DNA of 64,000 nt, taken from the NCBI GenBank assembly GCA_977030845.1, contig OZ365114.1:14570001-14634000 (forward strand), in the 5' to 3' direction. Source of the DNA: Fimbriosthenelais zetlandica (Eukaryota). The translations under genes were made by a program, and so were the position numbers. Below the pieces are notes generated by a model, which was not told where the DNA came from, did not search any database, and saw only the letters and a list, made by a program, of their open reading frames with translations. This document shows, in pieces, positions 14,013 through 28,659 of this stretch (position 1 is the first letter of the stretch; every line of letters starts with the position of its first letter).

Positions 14013-17000
14013 TATCGAGACGTCGGTCGTGAATTATGAAGTTTATTTGAAGTTGCATTATACATTCAAATGTCAACTTAGAAATGATATTTGTAACTGA
14101 TATACATAGTTCATTCATATTCGTCATTAATGTCAATTACCAAGTTGGATGGAACTTGTGGTTTAGCCCCAAGCCATCTAAGAATTCCACCTCCTCTATT
14201 ATGCCCCCATTACATCTCACATTAGTAGGGGCGGCAAGTATACCGATGACACCGCTTCGACCCGGAAGCATGTGCCCCAACTCGCAGATTCCAACTTAGA
14301 GACTCTATCCATCAATGAATAGCAAAGCTCCATCGAAAAAAAGAAGACATTTAATTAATTTAAACCATAAAAAGATGACATAGCAATGCTGGGAAGGTGG
14401 TGGCGAGGAGGCAGGCAGTGATGGAAATGCTGCCTCACCGGATGTGACGGGAGCTTCGAGTGTCACACTGAAGGAGCGCCCCAGAGAAAATAGACGGCGG
14501 CGCTCTGACATGGAAGGGCATTAAACTATGTTTCTTAAAATGCTGAAATGAACCGGGCCTAATAACTGTCAGCTTTATTTAATTGTGGATTCTGATTTAA
14601 GAACTATAATCTGATTAAATCATGTGATTTTAAGTGGTCGCATCTAGGCTACACAATTGGCTTAGCTATATAAACATCACAACGAGAGTGTGGCATCATT
14701 TGTTCAGCGATTTTTGTCTCCTTCGACTCACATCAGCAATTGTTTCCAGGTATGGATTATCATTGATCACCATGAAATGGGCCACTGTGAAGACTTTCAC
14801 CCTGTCCAATGGGGATAACAAGCCACAAAATACGACTCCTCACTTAAATTGCCCCGACAGATGGAGGTTTCAGTTGAGAATCTTCGAGACTTGCTTTAAA
14901 AATAAACCGGCCAACTTTAAAGAACAGATATGCGCTCGGCCGAAGAAGACTGGCCCATAGGTTAGTTCCAAATTGGAAAGGCAGATGTGGTACATCCCTC
15001 ATTTACAGGCTGCTGAAAGTGTATGAAAGACAGATCTATCCTTCTGGGTCTACAGGATGAAGTGAGCCATTGTTTAAGAAAAGTTTTTAAGGTCAGGACC
15101 CAATGAATCATGATTTAAACACGGTTCTCTTACACGGGCGGGCTAACAGGCTTACAGCTTCTTTGCATTGGGCCCTTTTAATTCCTGCGATCCTTAGCCT
15201 CTGAGGTGACAAATGCACCACCGAAGGCACCTTGGGTCATTGGTCAGCCTTTCCATCTTCTCTCGGCCCAGCCCCATTTCAATGCCCAAGAGCTACACTA
15301 TGTCTGGTATACAGAAATCTAGCCAGTGCAGAAAGGCTAGACTCATTAGGGTTGAGCAGCATTGATAAAGAATGTGGAATAACCCTGGTTGCCAGATGTA
15401 CTACCGGGTATCAATGGCAGAAATTGAAGGCATCCTCTCTTCAGTTAAGTGCATAATATGTCAATCTTTATCATATTTCTCCCTGTCATGGAGGAGGATT
15501 TCCACTATCCCGTATCAAAACGTCCAATGGATAAACTCTGCTGAAAAACATCTGGTAACAGATAATTTTCATCCGAGTCATAGTCAAATACTTGCAAAGG
15601 CTTTTTGAGGCATCCTTCCAGAGTTCTAAGATTACAAAATTGAAAACAGGGTTTTAATAAGACACGCAGCTCTGAGTTAGTTTGAAATAAAAAGGAGAAG
15701 CTGAATCAGCGCAATTAAAGTGGACGCAAAATATCAAGCATGCAAGAATGCAAAATAGTCATTACTTTAATATTGATGCAAATCATTGCTTCCCTGTATT
15801 AAGGGTGCTTAGCTGGTAGTTTGCCCGAGACTGAATCCATAGGTCTCCATTGTTAGAGGTTTTTATTTGCAGCACATGGGGCGCTAGCTAAGTAGGATAA
15901 TGATGATTGCGCACGTACGAGTATGTGTTTATGACTAATAAACATATTGAGGTCGCGCTTCCTTTCAGAGGTTAAACTAGACATGAAATATTTGTGTCAG
16001 TGCTTTCCGGAATTCCCAAAATTCTAATCTATGACGATGTGTATTTTTACATGTCATGGTCTTTCTTCCATCCAATATCTATAGTTCCCTATCAGACAAT
16101 CTTAATAGGTGGTAGAATCATCGCATCTATAATGGACATACTTTCGCATGTTCGCTATTTGAAAGGATATTCCAATATATAAATAATACACACAAAAATG
16201 TCCACAGCGCTCAATTTCGAAACCATTAAAACTGTTCAATGAAGTTAGGTGTCGTCCTCGGGAATTTTAATACTTAAATATAGACATTTTTAATGCATTT
16301 TAAATTTCAACAGTCCCATGTAACAGTTGTCGCAGCCGATCACATTAACAAGTGTGATACACAAATTATATGTCTTGAATTAGTCCACGATAGACAGAAA
16401 GAACTTATTGTCTACAGATCCCATTCAATCAGCATAGTCTGGGCTGTTTTAACCACGGTCAAAAATGATGGCCACCGATCGGTCCTGGATAACAAAGCCT
16501 ATTCCCAGAGTATTGCCTCCCGTGAAGGATGTATGAGGGCATTCACTCTGGGAAACTACACGGCCACTTGTGATGGAACACAAAAAAAAGAGACTGAGTC
16601 AGATCTGCAATTCTACGCTGATGCAATTATGTCCCACAGCGAACATTTGAATATCCATTCTCTCGCTTACTCTCCACCGCTCTAACCCAAAAGACTATGG
16701 TAGGGTTTCCTCGCTTCCCCTCCCTCCCTACCTCATTCTTCTGGAGGCAATCTATGGAGAAAATCGACCAGAGACAATAGATTCTCCGGAGTATCACCAT
16801 CCGTGTGTTGGGAGCTTGAACAGGTTAGACCAATGGAGAAGAACTAATATCTTTAATAGGTTGCTTAACGACCAGTACATGGGATAGGAAGGACTTTCTT
16901 GCCCATTCAATAGTAATCCAACACACTTCTCAATTTTCCGGCCCAATTATTCTGGTACAGACTAGAGTCGGCATTGTTGGGAGGCACGCAAAGATGCTCC

Positions 17001-17037
17001 TGTGGATGGGCCTCAGTCGAAGGTCTAGGTGCCTGCA

Positions 17038-17110
17038 GGAGAGAGAATGAAAGAAAGAGAAAGAGAGAGAGTCAGATAGAGAGAGACAGAGAGAACGAAG
17101 GAAGGAAGAG
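17038..17110. repeat. GA-rich degenerate microsatellite
   Basis: Near-pure purine tract of GA/GAAA/GAAG units. Confidence 0.8.
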
Positions 17111-17760
17111 TGCAGCAGGAAGGAAAAGATTAACTGCTAACCCAGGCAGCCTCTGTATTGTTGATCTAAATTAAGGCGATATGTGGCTTGTCTTGCTGCT
17201 AAAAGTATTCATATATTCTACTTTTCTCACCGGGTACTTCATTGCCAACAGTTGAAGGTAGCAAACCACACCCCATCCCTCAGACTGATGAACCAATTGG
17301 CCCCTTCCATGTTTGCCCATAATCAGTCAAGGAGCTGGAGGCAAGGCATTACATGTTCCAAATTTAGATATATTTATACACCAGCCTGACCCTTAAACCT
17401 GCTGTGTTCATTTACATGTTAGACACCTTCGTTGTTGTGTGACATCCATCAATGAACATGGGGTGTTATGCACATATCAAATACCTAAGATGACATGCAC
17501 ATTTCTAATTTCTCCAAAGGCCATTATATCACTCGTATAGGTTTGACCTTAGAGTGTTGCGACCTCCTCCTTAAGGGAGGGGTTTCATGGAAACCGATTC
17601 ATGAAGAACCCGAGCTCTATTCATATATACAAGACATATTTTTGAATATACAGCCATACTGAAGTAAAGATCAGGAACTTTCTGTTGCAACAATATGTCT
17701 GAAGTCTCGATTTCACATTGCCCTTCGTATTCAGATGTCTGGCGAAAGCGAGCTAGCTAG

Positions 17761-17860
17761 TTTTGGATAGCAACATGTTTGGTTAGATTGGTTTATGCAA
17801 CATTATCCCTGATCATAGTTTAGGATAGCCAAATCTGTGGTTAGACTGCTTTCTGCAATG
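17761..17860. repeat. Degenerate ~58-bp tandem duplication
   Basis: TTTTGGATAGCAACATGTTTGGTTAGATTGGTTTATGCAAC versus TTTAGGATAGCCAAATCTGTGGTTAGACTGCTTTCTGCAAT. Confidence 0.6.
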
Positions 17861-20800
17861 CTGATGAACCAAGATTGAATTTCCTTTCATCCAGTAGGGA
17901 TATTCTAGCTTGTAAATTCATACCCCTGCAAATCGCTCAAGGTGATTTCCATGATTCGCCTCCTCTTGCCTGACCACGCCGAGGCTTCCTTAACCGTCAG
18001 GGCTAGTATAGGGGAACACCGCCACGGGGAGATTACTGCTTGTCCACGTTCCTTCCACATGGACTAGGTCTGACAGGCTAGATACAGATAGATACACTGT
18101 GGTGCAGCCTACCCTAGCGTTGTCATTCCCACAACCACTGACCTGTCATCCTTTACAGCCCGACCACGAAGAAGCTTGTCGCTAACTGGTCTACTCCACC
18201 AGCTATAAACCTTTTATATCGTCCTTGTAATGGCCCTGGCTAAGCCAACTCATTTTTGTTCCGATCGCTGAATGTGTGGGGAGAATAACCGTGTAGCAAG
18301 CCAGTGGCTGTAGGTCGCGGCTACGCTGGGGTCAGGCAAATGATGATTTGCGTTCCGCAATTGACTCACCTCAATTAGACTTATTGAATTGCCGGCCCTC
18401 ATGGAACAACAGATAGTTTCATGTCAGGACTGTGTTTTTCATCCCCACAACCATTTGTACAGTGAAGGAGGGAGGCAGGCTTTGGAGGCAAGAAGGGGAG
18501 ATGGGGGAGGATAATTCGCCTGATTATCATTGGTGGTGGTGGGGGAACTGCAGATGGAACAATGCTGAGTTCCAGCGAAGTGCACTAGGGTTGTTGACTG
18601 TTGGCGATGAACGCTTATGAGGCAGTAAATCCTTGTACAACTAGAAGCACTGCATGGGAAAACAGCCTGAAACACGGGAGATGGCATATCTATTATGCAT
18701 GGACCTTTAAATAAGGATCTTTACTGGGAACTTTTTAATATCTCCTTGGTGATTTCACCGCAGCAAGATATCTCTCGATCAACTGATGTATGATATAAGT
18801 CATTAAAAGGTTTCTATTATGGTTTATTACATGGCCCTCAGCTCTATAATGTAGGCAAGGTAAAACAAACAAGTCCCAGTCTGGCAACTGGAATGAAAAA
18901 CATCTGTAGTTTTTATACCTCATCACAGATTTCCCATCAAAGTGCTCTCTGAAGAGGTAAGACAAAGTTCGCTTCCTTGTATCTCACAGGATGTTTGCAT
19001 GTTGAAAGCAGAACTGGCAAAAATCCGCAGACTCGTCTTCCTAAGAACAAGTAAGATTGTCTTTGGGAATTCACCCAATCATAAAGTGGACTATAATTAC
19101 GCTAAACAAGTTCAGAATTTTGGCTCTTCCTTATTTAAAATGCATCTGTTAACATCTCTTACACCAAATGTAGAAGAAAATGTCAATGAACAATGGACAC
19201 AGTGTAGCTTAATAAGGGAATAGTGCAAATTCAATGTCATTAAACAAATATAATTATTTGCCTTTTTCAAGGGAAAGTGTATTGAGGCAGTTGCAGTCAA
19301 TTCAAGGGTGTAAATAGAAGCGAATCAGTGCCATATTTAATGATATTTAATAAAATATAAAGGGAGTCTGCTGAATCAATGAAAGTCTCATTTAGCAAAA
19401 CCTCCTATATAAATTGAAAATTGACTATTTGCCGGAAGCAGACATCTGTCAATATTTATCTAGGCTCTGCCACGCAAGGCAATTTCTGTTGCTTTTTCAC
19501 TCAATATCGCCCACTAGTGCGTTCCAACACTGAGACATCAATGCCAACATCGACTTATTTAATCAGCATATCAAAGGATATTTCCAAACCAGGAGGACAA
19601 ATCAGGGAAGCCTATAATTGTTCAGTCTTCAAAGACTGCCTTGAATTTCTTAAAATAACTACCGAAAAAGGGGCCATCACAGTTCCAGACTAGTCCCATC
19701 AAGTTTGGTTGCCAAGTTGTGTGTGCTGGAATGCATCTGAAGAGTTCAAATGATGTCACGACCTTGACACTGAATTCTCTATGTGTGTAATGGCAGGTCG
19801 CAACACTTGTGACCCCATCATGTGCTGTGAGTCGTAAGTGTTGTTGAAGGTACATTTGCTCTGTCGCAGTGTTGCAAAACTGGTGTTTACGGCCACATTG
19901 CCCATGTCATTGCCATGTAGCCTCTGCTTAAAGTAGCCACCTCCTTAATCAGACAGCACAATTTATGCCACTGACGCCTGATGTCGCTAGATGTAATTTA
20001 TCGCCATATCCATTCACAATGACTCCTGTCACGATACACCACTTACTCTCTATCACCATGAGGAATACCCAAACCATGGAGACAACAGTATACAGAAAAA
20101 ATGTATCACTTGTATAGTGGCAACCTTGACTAACATTTTAGCAGAAGTAGTATAGGGTAGAAGACTATGAACCCACACGCCATAGTAAAAAGTGTAACAA
20201 ACACCTTACACGCCACATGATATGGCTACTTTATAAGCTGGTATGTACAGCAAAGGCTGAGTCATTCTAACCACACACATCCAGACAGATTTATTGCCCA
20301 TTTGCCCTGAGCGGACTTTCTTAGCTATCATGGGTACAGGCTCAGGATGGAATGCTTCTGTTGCTCCCACATTACGGCGTAAATAAATAACCGACTGATC
20401 TGTACCATACACGTAAATGAAGTATGGGTTCAGACATTAAATTTTGCTGGCACCAACCTGCTGGATGCACAACTTTTTAATGATTATCAAAATCCCCCAG
20501 AGATATGCTGGTCCGAACAGGCTCCTCTTAAGCTATTAAGATGCTGCTTCGATTCGTGCCATATCGATTGAGATGAATTTTTCCCCTCGGAGCTTTCAGA
20601 GTCCTCACTAAAGCTTAAAGACAAGCTGCTAATTCGCTGCATCCCATAAAATATCTCTCTCTGAGTTTGAGTCCTCAGAGTCCTGCTTCAAACCTACTGA
20701 CAAAGAGCAATCTTTGGGAGCAAGTGCAGTAAAACAGGTTTTTGAGGGGACATGGGATCTGGCATCTTTGACGAGTGTCAATATGGCAGACTTGTTGACA

Positions 20801-22739
20801 ATTGTCTTTTCTTAATTGCAGGGAATGTAAGCTCAGGGTGATTCCAATCTGAGAGACTGTGATCTGGTCTTGATGGTCCCCGCTCTGTCTCTCAGATCGA
20901 TAACAGTGCCTGCCACCGCAAACAAACTTGACGACTAAAGCTCGGCGCGCACTTTACGCCCCAGAGCCGACGTCATCTGAACAAGTACTCAACGTCTTCT
21001 AATTTTTCAATTTTCCCTCGATTATCACTCATTTTTGTTCAACTGGCGAGGCGAGTGCTTGTTTTAAGGCAACAAAACACTGTTAATTATCGCTCTTGGT
21101 GCTGTCAGGCAGGTTGATAATAGTTTTCCAATAGACCATGTTGTTGTTAGCCGGGGTTCTGTGCTCTGCTTCCTTGTCATTATCTTCACTATACACGTGG
21201 CTAGCCCAAGAAGGCACTGGCATTGCTCTAGCTTTGTGCCCGCCCAGCCTGTAATTTCCGGCATGGCCTCATTGCGACTGTATTCAGTCAGTGTGGCGTG
21301 GTAGTGCTGTGTTTATGCAGCATTGGAAAATTGATGCTATTTGCTGTATGCTGGATTCTAAACCCGCACAGAAACTTTCAAAGATTCAAAATCATCGGCT
21401 AATGATGAAGCAGGTTAACTTAGAGCAGTCGTATGAAGACTTCCTCGTCATAGTCTCGGAGGGCAGTCGGTGTATGTACAAGTCTTCATACAGCCGGAAA
21501 TGGACGGCATATTTAGACAGCCGACCAATGTCTGAGACGATCGTCACACTCTCACCGGCAGAACACAAAGCGACTGTGGGCCGAGAGAAAGAAACACAGC
21601 CATAATGCTGGTTGTTTGCTCAACCTTATGGCCTGGCTCCTCTACCAGCGTCACAGACGGATTTCTCTTGTCAGCAAACATAGAGAAACCTGCTTGAAAT
21701 ACTCAAATGAGTCCTCAGTGAAGGCTACAGACCTCATCTGACAGTCTCCTCTGCAGGAAAATACATAGATCACTTGCGGCTGGAGTGAAAAAAAAGTTCC
21801 AGCCATGACATGAAAGCAAGGGTCATTCCCTAATATAGTTTTGTGAAATTGTGCCATTTTATAAGTTGCACACTGTATCTGGACTTCCTGCACTGCACAC
21901 GCTATATCATTTTTTGCTACCCCTATAAAAGGCTTTACTAAATGGCTGCAGCTAAAAAAACGTTTGCTTTAAATTATCCCCTGAGATTTATGATGCAGTG
22001 AAATCTACCAAAATAAAAACTCTCCAGATAGAGTCTATTGGCATGGGGTTTTTATACGCCGCAAACTGCATATAGTTTAATTATTTGGCTGATAATAGAC
22101 TAGCTCTCATATATAGTCTTGTTTTAAACCAAAACCTTGTTCAAAACCAAAAACATGCAAATGAAACAGGGAGCCGAGTTGAAATCCATCAGTAGAGAAT
22201 AAAGTAAGTTTTTTTTACTGTGAGAATTGAACTGACGGTGGTTGCCTGTGCTTATGGGCAGGCAGCAGTTGCAGCTGGTGAATGGCTCTCCACGTTCTCA
22301 CAAATCCAGATTGTTCATGACATGTGAAATCCATGATGCTAAAGTGATATCTCAGATTTGTTTAAATTATGTCAATGTAGACTGTAGCAGTAGTCTTTGT
22401 AGGAGACAAGTTTACTGTAAAGTATTGACAAACGTAAGCCAGGAGCCCATTTTACTCGCACACAAACTCAAGGAACGTCTGTTATTAAATCATGATGATT
22501 TCCATTTCATTTCATATATCATATGAATTAGGATGTTTTCCAATCAGCATACGGAGCGCATTACTCAATAGATATTCAGCAATGATTATCTAATTTCTAC
22601 CAAGAAAATGAACCCCTTTGTGGTTTTACTGTGAAACATATCATGATGCCGCTAAACCTCCATCAAATATGGATCACTTTCTAAATACTAGCATAATCTC
22701 TCTTGAATCTTGGATGGAAGAAATGATCCGCACTAATTG

Positions 22740-23200
22740 TTGATCACATTTGCAAAGGTTCCTCTAAACAAAGACCAGAGTTCCGCCCACATCTGTTTCT
22801 TTCCCAGTAAATAGAGGGGGAGGAGAAAGTGCCAGAGCCCACGGTTTGGTCCGTCAATACATTTTGCATGGCCTTCTCTCTGGTCTCTGAAGCTACCATC
22901 CCACTTCCGGCAAGCGCTGGGTTGAGAAGGCTGGGGAGACTTTGCCTCAAGGTATTGATCAATTCTTCTCCCTATTGGACAAGAATCCAATACACGGTGG
23001 AACTTTTTCTTACCGTCAATTTTGGAAACATTTTCCCACAGTGCTACCAAGCCTTTTCATGTTTTTGCTCCAGCTTGTGTTTTATCTCACACGATATTGA
23101 CGAAAGATTTAACCACATGTCTTTTTGTCATGGGAAGCAAAGAGCTACGTCCAGAAGAAAGAGGCCACTTCATGGCCTTTTTTTCAAATGAACATAAAGC
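22740..23200 (-). mobile_element. Possible decayed tyrosine recombinase (DIRS/Ngaro-like)
   Basis: SSGRSSLL ... DKTQAG ... LDSCPIGRRIDQYLE (22946-22981; cf. CPVxALxxYL) ... WSLFRGTF. Confidence 0.3.
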
Positions 23201-26200
23201 TGCTGAGCTTGGGGGTATTAAGTTTCCCGGTTTTCAATGCCTCAACATCCATCCCGTCTATGAGAATTCTCCATAGATGTAATATTCTTGAAACAGTGCC
23301 ATCAAAGCAAATATTGTTACTTGCCAGACAGCTTTACAGTACAGCAATTTTCTTCTACTGAAATCTGTTTCGCCGAAGCGGCGAGAATTTCATTTAATAT
23401 GGAGCCTTTCACTGTTTAAACGGACAATTCTTGAGTCCGAGCCACATCAGACAGTCTTCCTATTCATGGGGGGCATTCATTATGCAATATACTTGTGCGA
23501 GAAAAGCTGTCAATGAAGACGTATAGGGGGTGTTGAGGAGATGCTGATTCACCTATTGAATTCTCCCAGCTTAGACCATGATTGCATTCACGAGTAGTCC
23601 CAATGCTTCTCTATAACAGGGAATCAGTCATTGGCGTCTGGTAATATTGTGAAGTATACTCTCGCCTTGGAAAGCATTGGTTTTCCAATACATCAAAACA
23701 CAATGACTCTCCCGAATGCCAATAGGCAGAGCCTCATGTAATTGATAAGGACTTCACGACAACTTTTTAGACAGAGTTTACAAACACCAGCCATGGTTTG
23801 TATCAGTAAGGAGGGAGCTATTGACGTCTCACTCCATCTTGAGGAGGGGGATCCTTATTAACAAAAAAACAGCAAAGTGAATATGATCTTGATGAAGCCA
23901 CTCACAGTACTGACAGATAAATCAAAGATCTGAGAAAAGCTTCGGCGAACGTTTGGCTACGCGCCAAAATTAAGGATTTTCAGAATAAAACTGTACATCT
24001 GAGTTGGCCAGGCGTTAAGTTAGAAAGGTAAGTTCATGCGAGTCCCTTAAGGCCATCTTTCAGGGCCAATGTGCAGAAACTAGTGTCAACTAGGTCTCGA
24101 TCTTCGCCTCGACCTCAGCTCACCAACCCCGAGGCCAAGCCGGTCTCAGACATATGACACCCAAATCAATTTCCCGCGAACAGCGTCCCAATCTCAGTGA
24201 AGAAGCATCCACTCGAGGATGTGTCTGCAGCCCTAGCCTGCCACAATTGTCACCATGTCAATAGCCTGAGGCTGGGGAAGTGACGTCAGAAGTACAGCGC
24301 GACCAAAGCAATTAGTAGGTGGGTTGGTGGGGTGGTACACACACTTTGTGTGATAAGCCTACACATATAGGAGCAATGTTTTGTAGGTGTGCAGCTGATA
24401 TGGGCAGACAGGTGATAGCAAGCATACCCATGGCTTCTGGTTTCCATGCCAACGCCTCGGGTTTATTCGTAGGAAACTCCATTTTGCATTCAGGGGCTTC
24501 TCTATACTGTCACATAGTGTCTGTAGGAGGGTCAGGACAAATTTTGTCATTGACATTAACAAGGTTGACGCAGACAGCAGAGCACGGATTCACAGCTAAG
24601 GGTATAATGCGAAATAAGATCAGGAATTGCATGAAGTTTGATGCACATCTATACACAATGAATTCAAATTGTCTGGTACGGCATCATGGCTGTCCTGATA
24701 CAGCCTCTCTGACCATCTTATAAAGTTTAAGTAAAACAGTAAAACTCAGGACATCAGCTTGAATGTTCCTGCTGGTACTTTCAGCCTCATCTCAATAATC
24801 GGATGTCTCCTGCCACGATACATTCCATTGGCCTTCTTTCAATATTGGCAGTTATTTCTTTTCTTCTGCAAAATACATTTTCCCACCTCTATTGCTTTTG
24901 TTCAGCTTCATGAGGACTGCACTAATGGCCCAGGGCCAAGCTTCAAAGGCTTCCAATATACTACCCTGTCGTGATACTAGTCTATCCCATCCTCCATTTT
25001 CTTAAGTACTTTCTTGTGTCCCTGCAGTACCATATGAAATGGGAGCGGACATCAATGCACTATCTATCCCCTCTTCCCCCTCCTCTACCTGATTCATTTT
25101 CACAATCTTTCCAGCAGACAAATACATACGCTGCAATGTGGAGTACTCCCACTCACTGAATAGTATATACATGTACATGTATCCGGAGGGGGTACTAACC
25201 CTTTGCTATCGTAGAATGTCATTGATATTATTCAACTTAAAAGGGAAATCTTACATGCAGCCATTAAAGGAGCCAAGACCTTGCAGGGTGAATTGGGAAA
25301 TACTAGGAGGTCCGACGTTATAGTATGGATCTTGAAAAAAAAACTGTTGTGACAAAAGTGCAGAGGAGTCAGATTTCTTTATGAACGAAGCAATTTTGTA
25401 GTTGCATATGGCCCGAAAATTACTTGATGAAAGAGGATAACTTCAAAAGACATGAACCATTAATGAGGATTTCTTTACCACACACATTGGCTGATAGGAC
25501 TTAGCGTATACAACCCATGCAACTGAGAATCCATGGCCTTGTTATCAATTCAAATAAAAAGCGGCAGAGGAAGATTCAATCATTTCGTGATACCTTCCAT
25601 CTCGTGTCGCCATTTTGAAAGTATACTAGATAATTACCTTTGGACTGAAATAACACAGGCCTGATAGTGGCTGGAGAGGAATCAATGTGACTCCATTGAT
25701 CACTTTCTGAATCTCTCCCGCCAAAATCAATACCTATAACAGTATGTGCTGAGAGGGAGAATAGTGTTGAGGTTAAAAAAGAATGCAAGATATGCTGACA
25801 CTGAAGGAAGATCGATCGCTTGAAGCGCGCCTTAATATAGGAGATGGGATCGCTGTGTCTCAGGTAATGAATATAACTCTGATTTACTACAGACATGAAT
25901 TTGATGCTGATCTATTGCGAGCTCCTGCCACAGGACCGTGGCGGAGGCCTCTAGCCATAGTGGGACATGATAATTAATTAAAATCTGATTAATTTACATT
26001 GTGTCAATACTTATTACTTATTGCCTAGGATAAAGGCCATAGTGTCCCCTAGCCATTCTTTTTCGATATGATAGAATCAGTATCCATTATCTATAAGGAT
26101 ATAAGACATCCTTTTAGAAGCCTGCAAATGCCTTTCATAATCCCCTTGATCTAATATTATACCCTTCAGGGTGTTTTACCAGTAGAAAAACTGAACACAG

Positions 26201-27004
26201 TTTTACACCTGACAGTTCATGAGGTGTATTTGCAGAGGAGCCAATTCTCTTTCGATACTTATTAAACTATATATTGCACAAGTTTATAACAAATATTAAT
26301 GTTAGTATGATAGATCAATTTCATTCCTTGCATGTATATTGGATGACAGCTAGGTGGGACATAAAATACTGTTCGTTACTTAGAGGGGATGACAGTAATG
26401 GAAATAATATCATAATTAACTTAAAACTCAATTTTCTCCATGCATGTCAGCTAAGGTTTTGCTTTCAATTTGATAATGCTTTGGGACAGACCTGATATTT
26501 TTTTTATTTAGTATATTAAATTGTATACATAGATAGATAAATAAAATATATATTACATGCAGATATTATATTATTGTGGGTAAGGCGACCGATATTAAGG
26601 ACTATAGTGTGTGGCATGACTGCACCTAACTGGGGGTTATATGGATATTTCAAGTTCTAAGCTATAGTTGGATGCCTGTTAGGACCTCGTGGACGCTTTC
26701 ATCTAACCTCTTCAATAGAGATGCTAGCCTTGGCATTGAACGGACCCACCCTGGCTTTTTTCTCTGTCCCTTATATAAACAATCAACCATTTGTATTTTT
26801 CCACTTCATTATATCACCAGCCCGAGCAGGTGGCCTCAGGCGTAAAAATGATTTCCTCTTCATTTAGCTCGTACATATAAGCAGACTTCGCAGACTGTTC
26901 GTGGGTGCTTAATATGTCCTTCTAGAGTTCTTTTTTTCAAAAGACTCAGCTAATTGTCGGTAAGTACTCCCAATTCTTTGGATCTTACATTTTCAACGAA
27001 AGCA

Positions 27005-27400
27005 TCATAAGATAATACATGAACCTTCATTTATGTGATATCCATGTGTAACCAGCACATATTTGTATGTTATGTCATCTAAAATGCATGATATGGCTCC
27101 TTTGATTCTATTACTGAATGTACTGAACAAAACAACTAAGAGCCTCACTTTACTAATGCTTGCTGACCTAGATCTTAAATATGGATCATCTGCATATATA
27201 TGGCCTTGGGAAAGGGAATCCAAAGGTGAACACTTTAATTAGGTGTTTGCGTGTTCTATGGAAGTCCCATCATTGCAGTGTTTTTGCCTATCAGTGATGT
27301 TGCCATTTGGGAGGAAGTGGGTGGGTGGGTTTATAATCTATGTACCGGTACTATAGTATTGTATCGTCCATGAGATGCAATCACCTGTCTCAGATATAGA
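27005..27400 (-). mobile_element. Decayed LINE reverse transcriptase fragment
   Basis: HIYADDPYL (YADD at 27185-27196), a possible frameshifted RQGDCIS at ~27385, and downstream YKYV. Confidence 0.35.
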
Positions 27401-28659
27401 GGAAGAGGAATATAAGGGATTTGGCACTGGGTGAGGGAGGTCTTTGCTTCCATTCCCCTGAAAATTTGCCATTGTCTTCATATCCCAAGTGCAGCTAACT
27501 GCTTGGCTTAGCATGACATCCAAATATGTGGGTATATAAAAGGGAAACAAAGCTGCCTATTGAGAAGAGTAGGACATATAACCAACAGTTTGTTTTCTCC
27601 TCATCAAGCCTGGCTGTTTCTGCGACTAACACCAGCCAACCAAATCATCAGCCATAGCATGAGTCAACAGGAAATGCATCATTCATATTCCAATTGCAAA
27701 CTCTGGGCCAGATTTTAACTGCTCCTCAATTTGTTCCATCATAGAATCCTCAAATTAATGCTGCAGGTGATCAAAGATAATTCTATATCGCCGTTTAAAC
27801 TGTAAAGCTGCTTGCTGTAAATAAGCAAGAGCAGTATCAAGGGGCCCATCCAAAGCCCAGTTGGGCAGGATGACAAACGAGGCCTAGGATTGGTTCGATG
27901 TCTCCTGCGGAGGTAGAAAAGTAGTCCGCATAGGGAGAGAGTCATCAGTCTGGGAAAAGTATCGGGAGTCCTTTGCTCTGAGAAGCGATGAAGCATTTTT
28001 TTGTGTGACAGCACTTGACAAATACCCACGCCTCCAGGTTTAACTAGAGTGCGTTGAGAAGCAGTAAAATAATCTGGGTATAACTCAATTGAACTGGGCT
28101 TCTTCTTTGGATCTCTCAGTGGAAGCTACCAAAGGCTTCCCCCTCACCTTCTAGATGTGGTGAGTGGAATTGGAAAAGATTTCATACGGCTTCTTTTATA
28201 CTTCTGACCTTTAAGATGCCTCGGTCGGAAGGACAGAGCATCAAGGGATGATGTAAGGAAGACGGAGACTATTGAATGTCATTGTCTTTCATCTAACTCA
28301 ATGATATGCTTTATTTACTATTTTGGAGCGCATCTTATCCGCCTGATTTTAGTCGCATCAAACATATTGAATCCCAAGATGTCATTTGGAAAAGCAGGGG
28401 CTAATACCCAGTCACTTAGGTCACAATGAAGCAGCAGCATTTGATGGACTTTGGGAGGGGTCCATCCCACGCTCACGATCCCCTCTAGGTCTCTCTGCAC
28501 ATTGGTCAAGATCGTGTGTTGACCGAGCGCTTAGAGCGTCAACTGAGTTGGACACTCTGCCAAAGTGGGCGCCCTAAAGGATGGCCAGTTCTTAGTGACT
28601 TGCACATTTGCAAGCTCCAGTCGTCAAACTGTTGACTCGCGCGGTCAAATACCATTCAC

